From: Eledone cirrhosa
Taxonomy: Eukaryota
Length of the DNA: 64,000 nt
Assembly: GCA_964016885.1 (NCBI GenBank)
Contig: OZ024744.1
Coordinates: 85,808,001-85,872,000, forward strand
Direction: 5' to 3'
The translations under genes were made by a program, and so were the position numbers. Position 1 is the stretch's first letter; every line of letters starts with the position of its first letter. The notes below the pieces were generated by a model that worked only from the letters and a program-made list of their open reading frames with translations, did no database searches and was not told the origin of the DNA. This document shows, one piece after another, positions 43,635 through 58,700 of the stretch.

Positions 43635-43770
43635 TCATCATTTTACGATCGTTTCTAGGATGTATATGTGTGTTGGTATGTATATCATATAGATCTATGT
43701 AAAAATATTACAAATTATCAGAGGAAATATACATACCTTCACATATATATGCTGTCTTCAAAAATAATGA
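43635..43770 (-). ncRNA. Degenerate hammerhead with about 100-nt stem II domain
   Basis: Minus TCATTATTT-TTGAAGA-CAGCATATATATGTG...CACATATACATCCTA-GAAA-CGATCG-TA-AAATGATGA. Confidence 0.65.
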
Positions 43771-44821
43771 GATTTGTTCATTGAAAAAGAAACAACAAAG
43801 ATTTAATATAAAAGGTCTGTTTTGGAACAGCTTTTGAATTGACCAATAGCAAAGTAGTTAGAGGTCAAGTTGATAAAATAATGGTAGTAGAAATTTAATT
43901 TAGGGGTAGAGGAGTGCAGACTTATGTTTTGAATGAAAGGAATACTTTGAATGAAAAGAATACTTTGGGAATTAAAAGAGGTCAAGCCAGTGAGGGGTAC
44001 ACGAAAATTTGATGTTATTAAAGAATAATGTTAAAAACGAAGGAAAATAAAATTTTAGGGTGAGGATATTAGTGAGAAATACCAATCTTATTTAAACCAC
44101 AAGGAATCTAAGATCTATAAAAAGAAATTAAATTAATTGATAGGTATAGTTATAGGGATAAATTTATATTAATTCATATGAATGTGATAAATAAGAATTA
44201 GATGTTATTAAAGAGTGTTGTTAAAAACGAAGGAAAGTAAAATTTTGTGATAAGGGTAGTAGTGAGAAATACAAATCTTATATAAACTACAAGGAATCTA
44301 GATTCATAACAGGAAATTAAATTAATTTATAGGTATACTGCGTATATATACGTAGGGTATTAACGCTAGTTTTTAACACCGGTTTTCCATTTGATTTCGG
44401 CCCCTAGCCATCTCTCTCGTTGTTTGTTGAGCCTTTGAATTTGGGTGACTTTAGGCTGCCACTTCTAGCCGTTTTACGATCCACTTACGCCACTATATGC
44501 TGTCTGTCGCGAGTCTTTTCAATCGTTCTCTTACTATACCACGTGCGATATTTAGTTACCTGAATTATCTCTAGGATGTGTGTTCATGCTATCTCTTGTC
44601 CTGTTGAGAAGCCCTGAGATTCTATGACACAGTTACTAATTTTCGACGAAACAAACTCTATCTCTAGTTTCTCCGAGAGTTTAATAATTGTTGAAATGGT
44701 TAGTATTTCTTAATTCACTTTTTCCAGTTATTACGTATTTTCCGTTTTTTCGTAGATTATATACATTGCCCCATAGTGTTTTTCACCCTATGTAATTCAA
44801 AACACACTTCTTTGTGTGTTC

Positions 44822-44877
<56 letters not shown>

Positions 44878-45711
44878 TATTCAATTAAATCACTCAATGA
44901 ACATTGAGTTTGTGTATTTTTATTTGATAAACAAGCACTCTATAATATTCGTTTCTAACTAGTCAACAGTCTACTGAAGTCTTCTAACATAAATACCAAA
45001 TGTTACATCATATTTATATAAACTCTGGTTATGACAAATTTGTTTTTACCTTTATATAAATACATCTATCTAGCTGCTTCGGGTGATATAGTCAGGCACG
45101 ATTTGTGAGTCAATAACGAAGCAAATTATACTTTCAGCAATGTTCTTCTCGATCCTTCATTTCATGTGTTTCTAATAACCATATTTGTCCTGCCACTGAG
45201 TCAGAGGAAAGAAGTAATAGTTAAGGGGAATAATTCTTCTGAATACGGGAAATGTTTTCTGGCAAGTGGGCTGGAAATCAATTCAGTAAAGCGAAGTGAT
45301 GACGCAATATAAATCAGTGTATGAGATTTGCTAAGAAGTACGCTGGTGGGAATGTCTATGTAGGTTAGTTCAAGTTAAGTTAATGTAATACTCGTATAGC
45401 GAATTTGTTTCCTTCTTCGTCTACTCCTGATTACAGTTATTCGAGGATTACTACTAAGATGGTGCAGCTCCGATATTTATTTTTATTCTAAATACTTCGT
45501 CTTGTACTAATTTCAATAGAAAAGAAGCTATGGCTTATTGGCCTGAGGAAAATTCGAACTTTCATAAATGTCGTAGGATATTCCTCTTTGATGTACCTGT
45601 TTTGATTCAACGCAGATATAAACAGAAAGACACACACACACACACACATACATACACACATGCGCGCGCACACAGACACACACATATATATACATATAGA
45701 GAGAGATAGAT

Positions 45712-46677
<966 letters not shown>

Positions 46678-46680
46678 TAT

Positions 46681-49600
46681 AAGGGATAACAAAATATTGT
46701 TATAGGTAATCCAGTTAGAGGTTGTGAATACTTCGTATTGTGGATAGTTTTAGCGTACGGCGTTGTTTGACTCAACACAATGTTTCCGTAAGTGGCGGGT
46801 TTATGGGTTCGCTTGCATTCCTATATAAGTTTATCTTGGAGTAATAATATTGAAAGAGTGAAGAATAACATGGTCAACAGTACAAAAAAGGGTTTTATTA
46901 ACAGTCAAACAATTGTTTCACTGATTAAGTTGTCTAAAAATTGCTGAACACTTGAAGCTGTGCCACTCAATTTTAAATACGTTGTTAGCTTTGCCAGATC
47001 ATCAGAAGGACTGTTAAAATATGCTCAGCGTTTATGAATTCAAATTACAACATCATTAATAAAGAAAGAGAGAGAAAAAAAGATAAAAAAAGAAAAAAAA
47101 GAAAAAGACATAGAGAATAAAGACAGAGAGAAAAAAAGAGAAAGAGAAAAGGATGAAGAAAAAAGAAAACGAAAAAGAAAAAGAAAAAGAAAAAGAAAAA
47201 GAAAAGAAAAAGAAAAAAACAGAGAGAGAAAAAAACAATTACAACAACAATAAATGAATAAATGCTAATAAACAAGTTACAACGAGGATGACAAAAAACA
47301 ATACAAAATAGGATAAACAATAAATAAACCATTGTTTATATGTGTGAGAAGAAAACTAAACATAGTATGATTATTGAGAGTAGTTGTGGTGTTGGTGGTT
47401 AAAATATAGAGATATGATGGTATATCATGAAAATGTTAAATTTACTCATATATGTATTAGTTACAATAATAAATTAATAAAATAATTAATTAATTGTAAG
47501 TTATATTAGAAGTGAAAATAATACGATAAGATATAATGTAAGAGTTGAAATAAATTTAGGGAACGATTCAGCTCAAGTAACGGACATTGTGGGAATATAT
47601 ATAGCACATATCTTGCCTAAAGAATTTGATAATCTACAGGGAGGAATTTATAGCGACGATACATTACTTTTAGCTAAAAACCTAAATAATCAATACTTGG
47701 AAAGATTACGTAAAAGGATTAGAACATTCTTCAATAAATTAGGCCTAAACATCACTTTTGAACTCAACTCTAAAAAAGCTAACTTCTTAGATGTATCACT
47801 TAACCTAAACACAGGACTATAATAGAACCATTCCATAAAAATAACGAAAATCTAGCTTACATTAATAACTCGCTCCATAATTATACATAGTATATCCCTT
47901 AGAATTTCACGCTTATCTTCTAATCTACAGATTTTTAACGAACACGCTAACTTCTACAACATAGCTTTACTTAAGGCAGGCCATAAAGAGAGGCTCAAAT
48001 ACATACCAGATACAAACAATAATAACACACTTAACAGAAATAACACTATCCACATCTATAGAAACAACAAATCTAGGACTAAACATAGAAATTGGCAACA
48101 AGCACCAACAATAATTGAACCGAATTGAACCGAATACTAATATGAGGACCACTAGAAACTATAGAAGATGCAGAGATAGAAAATACTTATGGTTCAATCC
48201 AATATTTAACTCCTCTATAAAAACCAAACTACCTTCTACTTTCTTTAAATTAATTGACAAGGAGTTCCCTAAACTTCATAAATACCATAAAATCATTAAT
48301 AGAAATACTATCAAACTATATTACTCTACTGCTACCAGCAAAGAATCGCAGATACATAAAATTAACTATAAAATAATCTCTAATACAAATAGCCTGCAAA
48401 CAAGCACCATAACACCAAACATAAAACACAAACACATAACATCATCACAACCAAACACACGTCAGAACACATGACGATAATACATCAACAAACCCAATTC
48501 TCAGCCCGTACATAACAACATACAAAACCGTATCGCTGAACCGTCACATAGGAAAGCATCAAAATGTAACTGTCATGTGCCTGATAAATGCCCATTACAA
48601 AATAGATGCCTGGAGTCAAATATAGTGTACCTATGTACTATAAATTCAGGCAACTTAGCATGGCACTACATATGTTCGACAGCGGGAGAGTTCAAGAAAA
48701 GGTGGTATGTCCACAGACACTTTATAAATAACCGGAAACTTATGAACACAACGACGCTCGCCAATAAAATCTGGCAGCTCAAAGATACAAACCAGGAATA
48801 CAGAATCATCTAGGTGAAGTTGTCAACAGCAATGGCCTATAGAAGTGGCATCTCCCATTGTAAACTTTGCAATATTGAATTATTCCATATTTTAAAATAT
48901 AACAAAATGCTACTTAACAGCAAAATTGAACGAACAATTTTCTGTAGGCATAAAACGGCGAGCAAATTAGATAATTTCAGACCAACTTAATTCATCCCAT
49001 CTATTCCATAATTCAAATTGTACCACCTAAATCTATTATAATAACCTATTATCATTATTATTATTATTATTGTCATCAACTGTCAATGAGCCAACATCAT
49101 AACCCTAAACTTATTTCATCTCTTACATTGTATCTTATCGTATTATTTTCACTTCTAATATAACTTACAATTAATTAATTATTTAATTAATTTATTAATG
49201 TAACTAATACATACATGAATATATTTAACATTTTCATGTTTATACCATCATATCTCTATATTTTAACCATCAACACCAAAACTACTATCAATAATCATAC
49301 TATGTTTACTTTTCTTCTCACACATATAAAACATTTTAATTTATTTTTTATCATATTTTGTATTGTTTTATCATGCTCGTTGTAACTTGTTTATTAGCAT
49401 TTATTCATTTATTGTTGTCATTGTTTTTTTCTCTCTGTTTTTTCTTTTTTTTTCTTTTCCTTTTTCTTTTTCTTTTTCTTTTTCTTTTTCTTTAACTTTT
49501 ATCTTTTTTCTTCATCCTTTTTTCTTCTTTCTCTTTTTTCTCTCTGTCTTTTTTCTCTATATATTTTCCTTTTTTTCTTTTGTCTCTTTTTTCTCTCTCT

Positions 49601-49819
49601 TTCTTTATTAATGATGTTGTAATTTGAATTCGTAAACGCTGAGCATATTTTTAACAGTCCTCCTTCTGATGATCTGGCAAAGATAACAACGTATTTAAAA
49701 TTGAGTGGCACAGCTTCAGGTGTTCAGCAATTTTTAGACAACTTAATCAGTGAAGCAATTGTTAATACTGTAAATAAAACACTTTTTTGTACTGTTCACC
49801 ATGTTATTTTTCATTGTTT

Positions 49820-49825
<6 letters not shown>
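46681..49825 (+). mobile_element. Second Naiad-like Penelope element with about 715-bp inverted arms
   Basis: Broken ORF about 47562-48990: DSAQVTDIVG, GGIYSDD, NFLDVSL, WFNP, CNCx5CPLQNRC, IVY..YICST..FKKRWYVH, CKLC and CRHK. 46847-47561 is the reverse complement of 49102-49825. Confidence 0.92.
46899..47016 (-). ncRNA. Type I hammerhead with 79-nt stem II domain
   Basis: Minus TAACAGTC-CTT-CTGATGA-TCTG...CAGT-GAAA-CAATTG-TT-T-GACTGTTA. The right-arm copy at 49652-49772 has GAAG instead of GAAA. Confidence 0.75.
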
Positions 49826-49912
<87 letters not shown>

Positions 49913-49974
49913 TAAATAGATATATGTCTATTATTCCGTGTGTTAATAATATTTATAGTAGATAGATAATTAGA

Positions 49975-50451
49975 TAGATTTGTTTCTTTATTATCCACAA
50001 GGGCACAACAGAAGGGGACAAATACAAAGGGGGAAGTTTACATACAATAAAAACGTGTAAAATATTATCACAAATACAATTTAAAAAATAATCGATTTTC
50101 CCCAATAGGGGGAGACATTACATATGGGTAACATATACCCCCGAAAAGATATGCAAGCCTCATCTCCAGGAGTACCAAGAGTGAGTAACCTTTTCCTCTC
50201 TTCCTCTTTTTCCTCAACCTATAGGCTGATATAGAGAGAAGGCCCGTTCACTCGGGCCATTCTCGCCACTTTCACCCACCGTTCATAAAACTTGCTGGGG
50301 TACAGCACCTCTCTCCATCCTGATTCTTCTTCCAAAGTGGTATTTGAAAAAAAGAATCAGTTGTTGGCCGGAGAGAAAGGTGTCTGACCTCAGCCCTTTT
50401 AACCTCGTCCACAATACGAACTCTTTCGCCATAGCTATCACACAAAGGAAC
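49975..50451 (-). mobile_element. Tx1/L1-type LINE 3' fragment
   Basis: FLCVIAMAKEFVLWTRLKG matches the C-terminus of the neighbouring copies; AATAAA then TATC repeats. Confidence 0.85.
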
Positions 50452-50470
50452 GTAGATAGATAGATAGATG

Positions 50471-50505
<35 letters not shown>

Positions 50506-50559
50506 GATAGATACATATAGATATATAGTTAGATAGATAAGTAGATAGATAGATAGATA

Positions 50560-53500
50560 CATTTCTTTATTAGCCACAAGGGCACAAAATAAGGGGACAA
50601 ATACAAATGGGGAGTTTACATACAGGTATATGAAAATAAAACTATTAATACAATAACAAATAACAATTGAAATCCCCAATAGGTGGGAGGTGTTACACAG
50701 GGGTTGTACATACCCTGAACAAATGTACAACTCTCATCTCCAGGAGCACCAAGAGTGAGTACTCCCTTGCTCTCTTCCTCTTTTTCCTCAACCTACAGGC
50801 TTATATAGAGAAAAGGCCCAACCACTCGGGCCAACTTTGCCACAATCACCCACCTTTTATAAAATTTGCTGGGGTACAGCACCTCTCTCGCCATCTTGAT
50901 TATTATTCAAAATGATATTTGAAAAAACGAATCAGTTGCTCGCCGGAGAGAAAGGTGTCTGACCTCAGCCCTTTTAACCTCGTCCACCATATAACCTCTT
51001 TCACCATAGCCATAACACATAGGAAAACTGCCTCTCCCTCGTTTTTGAAGGAGGGTGGCGGTTTGATCATGACAATGGAGTCGGTCGTCATCTGGATTAG
51101 TCCCACCCGCGACAATAGTCGGTCTACATAGCCCCACAGGTCGGTAACGCCTGGGCAGTGTACAAATGCGTGTGCGACAGTTTCTTCGTCGCGCACGCAT
51201 CTCGGACAGATCTTTTTCGAAGGGTCCCTACCCGGGCGTCCGTGTCTGTAGAGCTTGTCTCGTACTGGTAGAGCCCTCGGTAGCACTGCCAGGCCAGGGA
51301 CTTTTGGAAGTTGTCTGTTGATCCCGGGCAGAAGGTCCTACCGAACAGACTGGCCAGTTCGTCCTCCTCTACGCCTAGAGTTTCTCCGAGCGTGTCGTCG
51401 CACTTGCTGCGGACCAACCCTCTATAGAATGTCGAAGTGGAGTCTCCACTGATCGCCGGGTTCGTTTGCCAGAGGACTGTGAGCGCCTCAGCACATTCGA
51501 TGTGCCAGTCGCCCATTTTCCCCTGTCTTTGCTTGACTTCGTGATAATGGAACGGCTCCGAGATGTAGCCGTTCACCTTGACCCTTGAGCAGATGTTGCT
51601 GCTGTGCATTGCAGCAATCCAGCCCCTGAATACGGGTCCGAAGCTTGCCGCCTCGAGCACCGCATCGAGGTAACGATGGTCAACCCTATTGAAAGCCTTA
51701 GACTGATCCAAGTTGATCAGGGCCCCACCGAAGCTGGGTTTACACCCTACCCTCTCTATGATGTATCGCATGAGGTGGAGATTGTCGTGTATGGATTGTC
51801 GGGATTGCGCATGTCTGCGCTTCTCCCACCAGGTTTTTGACGACAAGCGCCAGCCTCTTTGCCAACACCTTGGCCAAAATTTGTAACTCTGTGTTGAGCA
51901 GATTTATGGGCCGGAAGTTGTCTATGTCATCCCCTTGTTCTCGTCCTTCCTGACTAACGTGATTACGCCCTTGTGTCACAGAATTTGCAATTCTTCCGTT
52001 CTGCTGCCAGTTGCAGTAGACCGCTTCCAGGAGACCGGAGAACAAGTCCGGCATTGCTACGTAAACTTTGTAGAGTAAACCGTCGAGACCTGTAGATTTG
52101 CGTTTGCCGCATTGGCTCAGCGCGTTCCCTATCTTAGCGGCCGAAATCGGCCTTACGCAGAACTTCGCCTCGCTGTCCGAGAGTCGCGGTAGGCCGTCGA
52201 GGTATGAACCGAAATCCATAGCCCCTCCCAGCGCGCCGCCGTGCTCGAACAGTTGAGCCAAGTGCCGCTGAAAGGCCGCGCACATTTGCTTCGGCTCACG
52301 TATCACGCGTCCGTCTTGGTCCTTCAAAGACCGAATTGTGGACTTGTTGCCACTTTTCGCCTCCGTCACTCGGGCCCAGCTAACAGCTTTGGCTCCCTCG
52401 TTTCCCAGAGCACGTATTTTGCTTCTAACAACGCAGCCCTCGTGCTTTGCGTCGAAGAACTGGTCCAAGGCCTTTCTCGTCGCTAGCACGCTGGCTACGT
52501 TTCCACTCCTAAGTGCCTCTTCTACTTTATCTACCAGTTCCTTTTCGGTCTTATTTCTATCTAACACTAATTCTTTACTAAAACTTATCGAGTCTAATTT
52601 AATTGTCCTCTTGAGAGAGTACCACCATCTGTTGTTGACAATGGCCCCCGTCAAGTGCTGCTTAACTAAAGTGCTAATCCGTCTACTGTAGACTTTGCAT
52701 GTCGGTAACGACAAGTTGAGCTTCCAGTAGCCGGGTCCCTGTCTATGGGTTTTGTCAAGGTCGACTAAGCAGGTCACTAATTTGTGATCTGAATAGGCAA
52801 CCATGAACATTTGTGGACAGCTTAACATGTCCCTATCCTTCTTTCTAAATAGAACCCTATCTAGGTACGATCTAGATGTTCTGCTGCGATTAGTCCACGT
52901 CCACAGTGGTACAATCGGAAAATCTAGTCGATATCTATCGGCCAGGTCAAATCGGCCGATTAACCGTTTGAGGCTGTTACACCCCCCTCTATCGGGACAT
53001 GCTCCCACATAGTCCCAACGTGCATCTAGGATTCCATTCCAGTCACCCACTAACAGCAGGGAGCGGGACGTTCCCAGAAAAGTCTCTAGACGTTTGAAGA
53101 AGTCTGGCCGCGGTATCCCGGATGGGGCATATGCGGCCACCAGCCTGAAGGCTCCACCTTCACTACCGTCAACGTCTAGGACCACCAGTCGACTCTCCGG
53201 GTTCAGATGTACCGTCTGTGTTACGAGGTCTAGGTGTTTCCGCAGCAAAACGGCAACCCCACCCCACCTCCCGGCTGACAGAGAGATGCGTAGATCTCAA
53301 AGTCGTCGAAGATGGGGGCCAGTTGTCGCTCGCTGTGGATCTTGGACTCGCAAATGGCTACTGCATCCATACTGTTCGACCTGAGGTCGTTTAAGAGTTT
53401 GCCCTGTTTCCAGGGCATCCCCCGGCCGCGTACATTCACACATCCAACTCTTATATTGGCCATGTTGGTGCTGAAAATTTAAAAGAAGAGGAAAAGAAAT

Positions 53501-55689
53501 CACTCACCTCTTCGTCTCCTGGGGACCAGGCTGCACAATTTCCATGGAGATGTGTGTGGGGGGGGGGGTGTTTGGTGGGGTTGTGGTCTCTGGAGGGGTG
53601 GGGACAAAGATGTTTGTTGGGGAGGGGATGTCTGGTAGGATGGGGGTTAGGGTGGGGAAACATTTTAACAGGACTCGATTGTAGGGTTTGACGCAGGGGT
53701 TACCTACGTTGTTATGAAATTTTTCTCTTAACTGTTTATGTGTGTCCATGGAGGTCCTAATCATTTTAAGATTAGGATTCTCCGAAGAGTGTGTAAAAGT
53801 TTTCCCTTCGGTTTCCACCGAAGGGTTTTTATATATGGTGTCTGTTAAAGTTTTATTGTTAGTATTTATGTAGGTGTAACATTTTTGTTATGTTGGGTTG
53901 CTTTTTGTCAGTGGTTCTTGTGTGTGTTTACGTTTTGTAGTAGGTGTTTTGTTTTCAGAAGGGGGTGTTTTTGTTTGTTCTGGTTGCGTCGCTTGTGTTG
54001 GTGTTTGTGTGTTTGTCGCATTTTTGTTTGTGTTATGTCTTTTCTTTTTTTCTTTTTACTGGTCGGAAAGGCTCTCCCTCATCGTCACTGGGTGACGATG
54101 ATGAGGCCTCATCCGTGTTGTTGGGGAGGGGTACATTTTGTGGGTGTTTCTGGAGTTGTTTTAGGTGGGGAGGGGTTGGGTGGGACTGTGTTTGCCGTTT
54201 GTTTTGTTGTCACTATTTTTTTATGTTGTTGTGGTGGTGGTGGTGATTGTTGTGCTGGTGTTGCAGGTGTTGGCAGTAGTGCCTTTTTTGGCTAGTTAGC
54301 CGAGGACAGGAAGCTCTCAGGTGAGCCCTGCACGAGGAGTGGTAATATGAGGGCTGTCTACCCTCGACCGAAATGTATATAAGCCCATCCAGCAACACAC
54401 GTTCCGGGATCCTAGCTATTCGTTCTGGTGTCATTTGGACCAGAACTTCCAGGCTAGTTCCGCTGAACAGGTCGCCGAAGGACTTACCTACCGATATTAT
54501 ATAGTCTGTTTCGTGGTTTAAAAATCCACAAAATATCCACCAAATATCAATATTTGGTATGATACTTTTGATTTTTATTTTCTGTGTCCTTTTCCCCATG
54601 TAAGTGGGGAAAAAGGTGACACAATTGGCGACACAGAATATTTCTGTGCCGTCAGTTGGTCTTTCATTAGAATGGATAAACTCCCGTAGAGTCTACCCTT
54701 CTGAATAAAAGCAATGTCTTTTAAGGCATTTTTTAAAGCCAACTCAATTTCGCCTTGTGAAAGTTGAGTCGGTTTTCGTGTTTTGTTTGAGACTGGTCCT
54801 AAAAATCACAGTTTTCAAGGCAGCTTCTCTTCGCAAATCTGGGGGAGAGTTTATGGAGCATGATCCGTTCTCCCCAAGAGTTACATATTGTCTGGCGTTA
54901 TTCAAAGCTCATTTGCATTTGAAATATCTACCAGAGTGAAGCTTACCGTTTTCTTTACGGTTTGAGCAAATTATATTTCGTCGTTTACTTCCTTGTTGCA
55001 GTTATTGGTCTTGTTGTTGTTATTATTGTTCTTATTGTTGATGTTGTTTTCGTTTTTTCCGTTGTTGGTGTTGTTGTTGGTTGTGGTTTTGTTGACGTTG
55101 TTCTTCTTGTTCTCGTTGTCACTGTTGTTGTTGATGGCGTTGTTTTGGTTTGTGCTATTCACAGTTTTCGTGTTGGTGGTGCTGGTGTTGTTGTCAGGGT
55201 GTGTTTTAAACATATCGAAGTGTTTCAACGAGGCCGTGCGAGCTGCTTGTTGGCTTGACACTTTCACCGTCCCTCCACCACCTCTGTCTAATTGTTGGCT
55301 GACAGTTTTGATGTTGTTGTTTTTGTTGCTGTTGTTGTTACTGTTCTTGTTGTTGGTGATAGCAGCAGGCATGCAGCCTTCACCTGCTACTAGTGCTGTG
55401 GAAGGTGAGATTAACAGCCCATCGCCACAATTCTCTGATATGTTTTTTGTGATGATGAGGTCAGAGAATTTGGTCATTTTGGCTATATTCAAAATTCCGG
55501 TAGAAATTTTGTGGGATTTCTCCGTCTTTCGCCCTGATGGGCTTATTAGTTGTGGTTGCTACCACCTACAAAGTGTAGGGTGGCAGCTTATCTACAAAAT
55601 GGTGTAAGAATGTAGATTCAGTTCATGCAATTTCCAATGAAATTAAAACATTTACACACCAGCGCGTTTTCCACGTGTTAGACAGAATC

Positions 55690-55690
<1 letters not shown>
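50560..55690 (-). mobile_element. Near full-length Tx1/L1-type LINE (ORF1, APE, partial RT; internal deletion)
   Basis: ORF1 remnants about 55490-53504. ORF2 from ATG 53463: VNVRG, VAAYAP, VGDWN, YLDR, YSDH, GPGYWKLN, NFRPINLLN, NLDQSKAF and a C-terminal CPRC. The RT core is deleted near 51540. Confidence 0.93.
53471..53507 (-). other. Candidate 37-nt GT-AG intron joining ORF1 to ORF2 in frame
   Basis: AG|GTGAGT, a pyrimidine tract, then TTTTCAG|CACCAACATG. Confidence 0.4.
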
Positions 55691-55724
<34 letters not shown>

Positions 55725-55725
55725 C

Positions 55726-58700
55726 ATTTCTTTATTTGCCACAAGGGCGCACAAGTAAGGGGGACAATACAAAGACATGCCGGGGATTTTACATACAGTC
55801 GTGTAAACAATCGAAATCTACAATGAGGGGGAAGCGCCACAAATGGATTGTTTAATACCCCGTCGATAAAACAACCTTCAACCCCAGGAGCGTGTTGTGC
55901 AAGTGCTCCTTTCTTCCTTTTGCTCTCTTCTTTAACCTACAGACTTATAAACAGAGAAGGCCCAATCACTCGGTCCATTTTCGCTTCATTCACCCACCTT
56001 TCAGTAAATTTACTGGCAGTGTACAATTGCGTGCAGGACTGTTTCAATGTCCTGCGCGCATCTTGGACACGTCCTCTTGGAAGGATCCCTGCCGGGGCGT
56101 CTGTGCCTGTAGATCTTGTCACGAACCGGTAAAGCTCCTCGGTAGCACTGCTAGGCCAGGGACCTCTGGGAGTTGTCCATAGGTCCCGGGCGGAAAGTCC
56201 TACCAAACAGACTGGTGAGCTCATCGTCTTCGACGCCCAGAGTCTCTCCGAGCACGTCGTCGCCCTTGTAACGTACAATCCCTCTATAGAATGTTGAAAT
56301 GGAGTCTCCACTGATTGTTGCGCCCACTTGCCTGAGGACTGTGAGCGCCTAAGCGCATTCGATGTGCCAGGCGCCCATCGTTTTCGGTCTTTTCTTGACC
56401 CAGGACTGCAGCTCCGTCAGCGAGACGAGCTGTGGGAAAGCCTGTCTCACAAACGGTGCCCACACCGGTTTGGGGTCGGTGAGGAATGCCTGGATATTCC
56501 GCACCCGCAGCACATGATTGTGCATCATCAGCCACGGCATTCCCAGCCCTCCGTTGGAAGGGTGCTGACAGCAGACGGATCTCCTCACCAGTAGAGCCTG
56601 CTTCTTTCACAGAAACAGGAAGAGCATGCGTTCCATCTTGGCGAGATGTTCACGGGGACAAGGCATGACAGTCAAGCGGTAGTAGATGACGGAAGCTATG
56701 AAAGTATTCGCTACCTCCGCTCGACCTTTCAAGGACAGTTTGCACTCTGCCCACTTCTGGGGGAGTGCAAACAACTTGGCAGTGAACTCGTTCCAGTTTT
56801 TCTTCACCTGGAGGTCTGGACCGAACCAGACACCGAGCAATTTCACCGGTCCGTCCGTCCAGCGTCCAACGACGATGTCGGACGTCATCGGACTGCCTCT
56901 CCACGTTCCGAGTTGCAAACCAACAGACATGTCCGGGTCTAGTTTTGCTCCCGTCAGCGTTTCGTATTCTTTCAGTAAGTTGCCGATCATCCCGATTTCC
57001 GAGGTGCTCGATACCATTACCGTCACGTCGTCGGCATAAACCAACGCCGCTTTGCGCAGTCCCGGTTCTAGGGGGATGCCCTGCAACAGCTCCAATTTCC
57101 GCTGTAGTGGCTCTAGAATACTGAATGGAGTCGATAGGGCACCCCTGTTGAATGGAACCCGTGATTGCGAACGGCTCCGATAGGTAGCCGTTCATCTTGA
57201 CCCTCGAGCAGATGCTGGTGTGCATCGCCTCGATCCAGCCTCTGAAAACGGGACCGAAACCAGCCGCCTTGAGAACCGCTTCCAAGTATCGATGGTCGAC
57301 CCTATCGAATGCTTTAGACTAATCCAAATTGATCAGAGACCCACCGAAGCCGGGTTTACTACCCACCATCTCTATGATGTATCGGATGAGGTGGAGGTTG
57401 TCGTGTATGGACCTGGTCGGGATTGCACACGTTTGCGCTTTCCCTACCAGGTTCTCAACGACAAGCGCCAACTTCGTCGCTACTAGCACCTTGGTCAAAA
57501 TCTTTAACTCTGTGTTGAGCAGAGTTATGGGCCTGAAGTTGTTAATTTCGTCCGCCTTGTTCTCGTCTTTCCTGATCAGTATTACAACGCCCTTGCCTGC
57601 AGAAATGGGAATTCTCCCGTTCTGCTGCCAATTGCCGAGTCCGGCATGCCAATGTAAAACTCATAGCGTAGACCATCTAGACCGGGTGACTTGCGTTACC
57701 CGCAGCGGCCCAGAGCGTCCCGTATCTCAGTGTCCGAGATCGGTCTTTCGCAGAACTCGGCGCCCGTGTTCGAGAGACGCGGCAGGCCATCGAGGTATGA
57801 ACTAAAGTCCATTGCCCCGTTCGGCTCACCGTCGTTCTGCTCAAACAGTCGTGCAAAGTGCTGCTGAAAGGCCACGCACATTTGCTTGGGGTCAAGTAGC
57901 ACGCGTCAGTTTTGGTCTTTCAAAGACCGAATCGTGGACTTGTTGCCACTTTTTGCCTCCGCCACTCGGGCCCAGCTGACAGCTTTCGCTCCTACGTTTC
58001 CTAGAGCACGTGTTTTGCTTCTGACCACGCAGCCTTTGTGTTCGTATCGAAGAACTGAACCAGCGCCGTTCTCGACGATAACACTCTAGCCGCGGTGCCA
58101 CTTCTAAGTGCCACCTCTACCTTGGCTACTAGTTATCTTTCTATTTTGTTTTTCTCTAAGGCTAACTCTCTGTTAAACTCTATCGATTCTATTCTAATTG
58201 CTTTCTTGAGAGAGTACCACCATTTATTTTTAACGATGGCTTCCGTAACTGTTGTTTGACTAGTCTACTTATGCGTTTACTGTAAGCTTTACGTGCCGGC
58301 AACGACACGTTCAGCTTCCAGTATCCGGGTCCTTGTATTCTATCACGGTTGACTATGCAGACGACTAATTTGTGATCTGAATAGGCAAGCATGTGCATTC
58401 GTGGACAGCTTAACATCTCCTTGTCCCTTTTTCTAATGAAGAACCTATCTAAATACGATCTAGATGTCCCGCTGCGGTCGCCCACGTCCACTGTGGTTCA
58501 GTCGGGAAATCCAGTCGATACCTATCGGCCTGTTGGAATTGGCCGATTAAAGTTAGGAGGCTGTTGCACCCGCCTCTACTGGGACATGCTCCCACATAGT
58601 CCCATCGTGCATCTAGGATACCATTCCAGTCCCCCACTAAAAGAAAGGAGCGAGACGTTTCCAGAAAAGACTCTAGACGCTTAAAGAAGTCTAGCCGTGA

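Noticed and set aside
54962-55607. Plus-strand membrane-protein-like ORFs
   Set aside because: Antisense of the (AAC)-rich low-complexity LINE ORF1 region.
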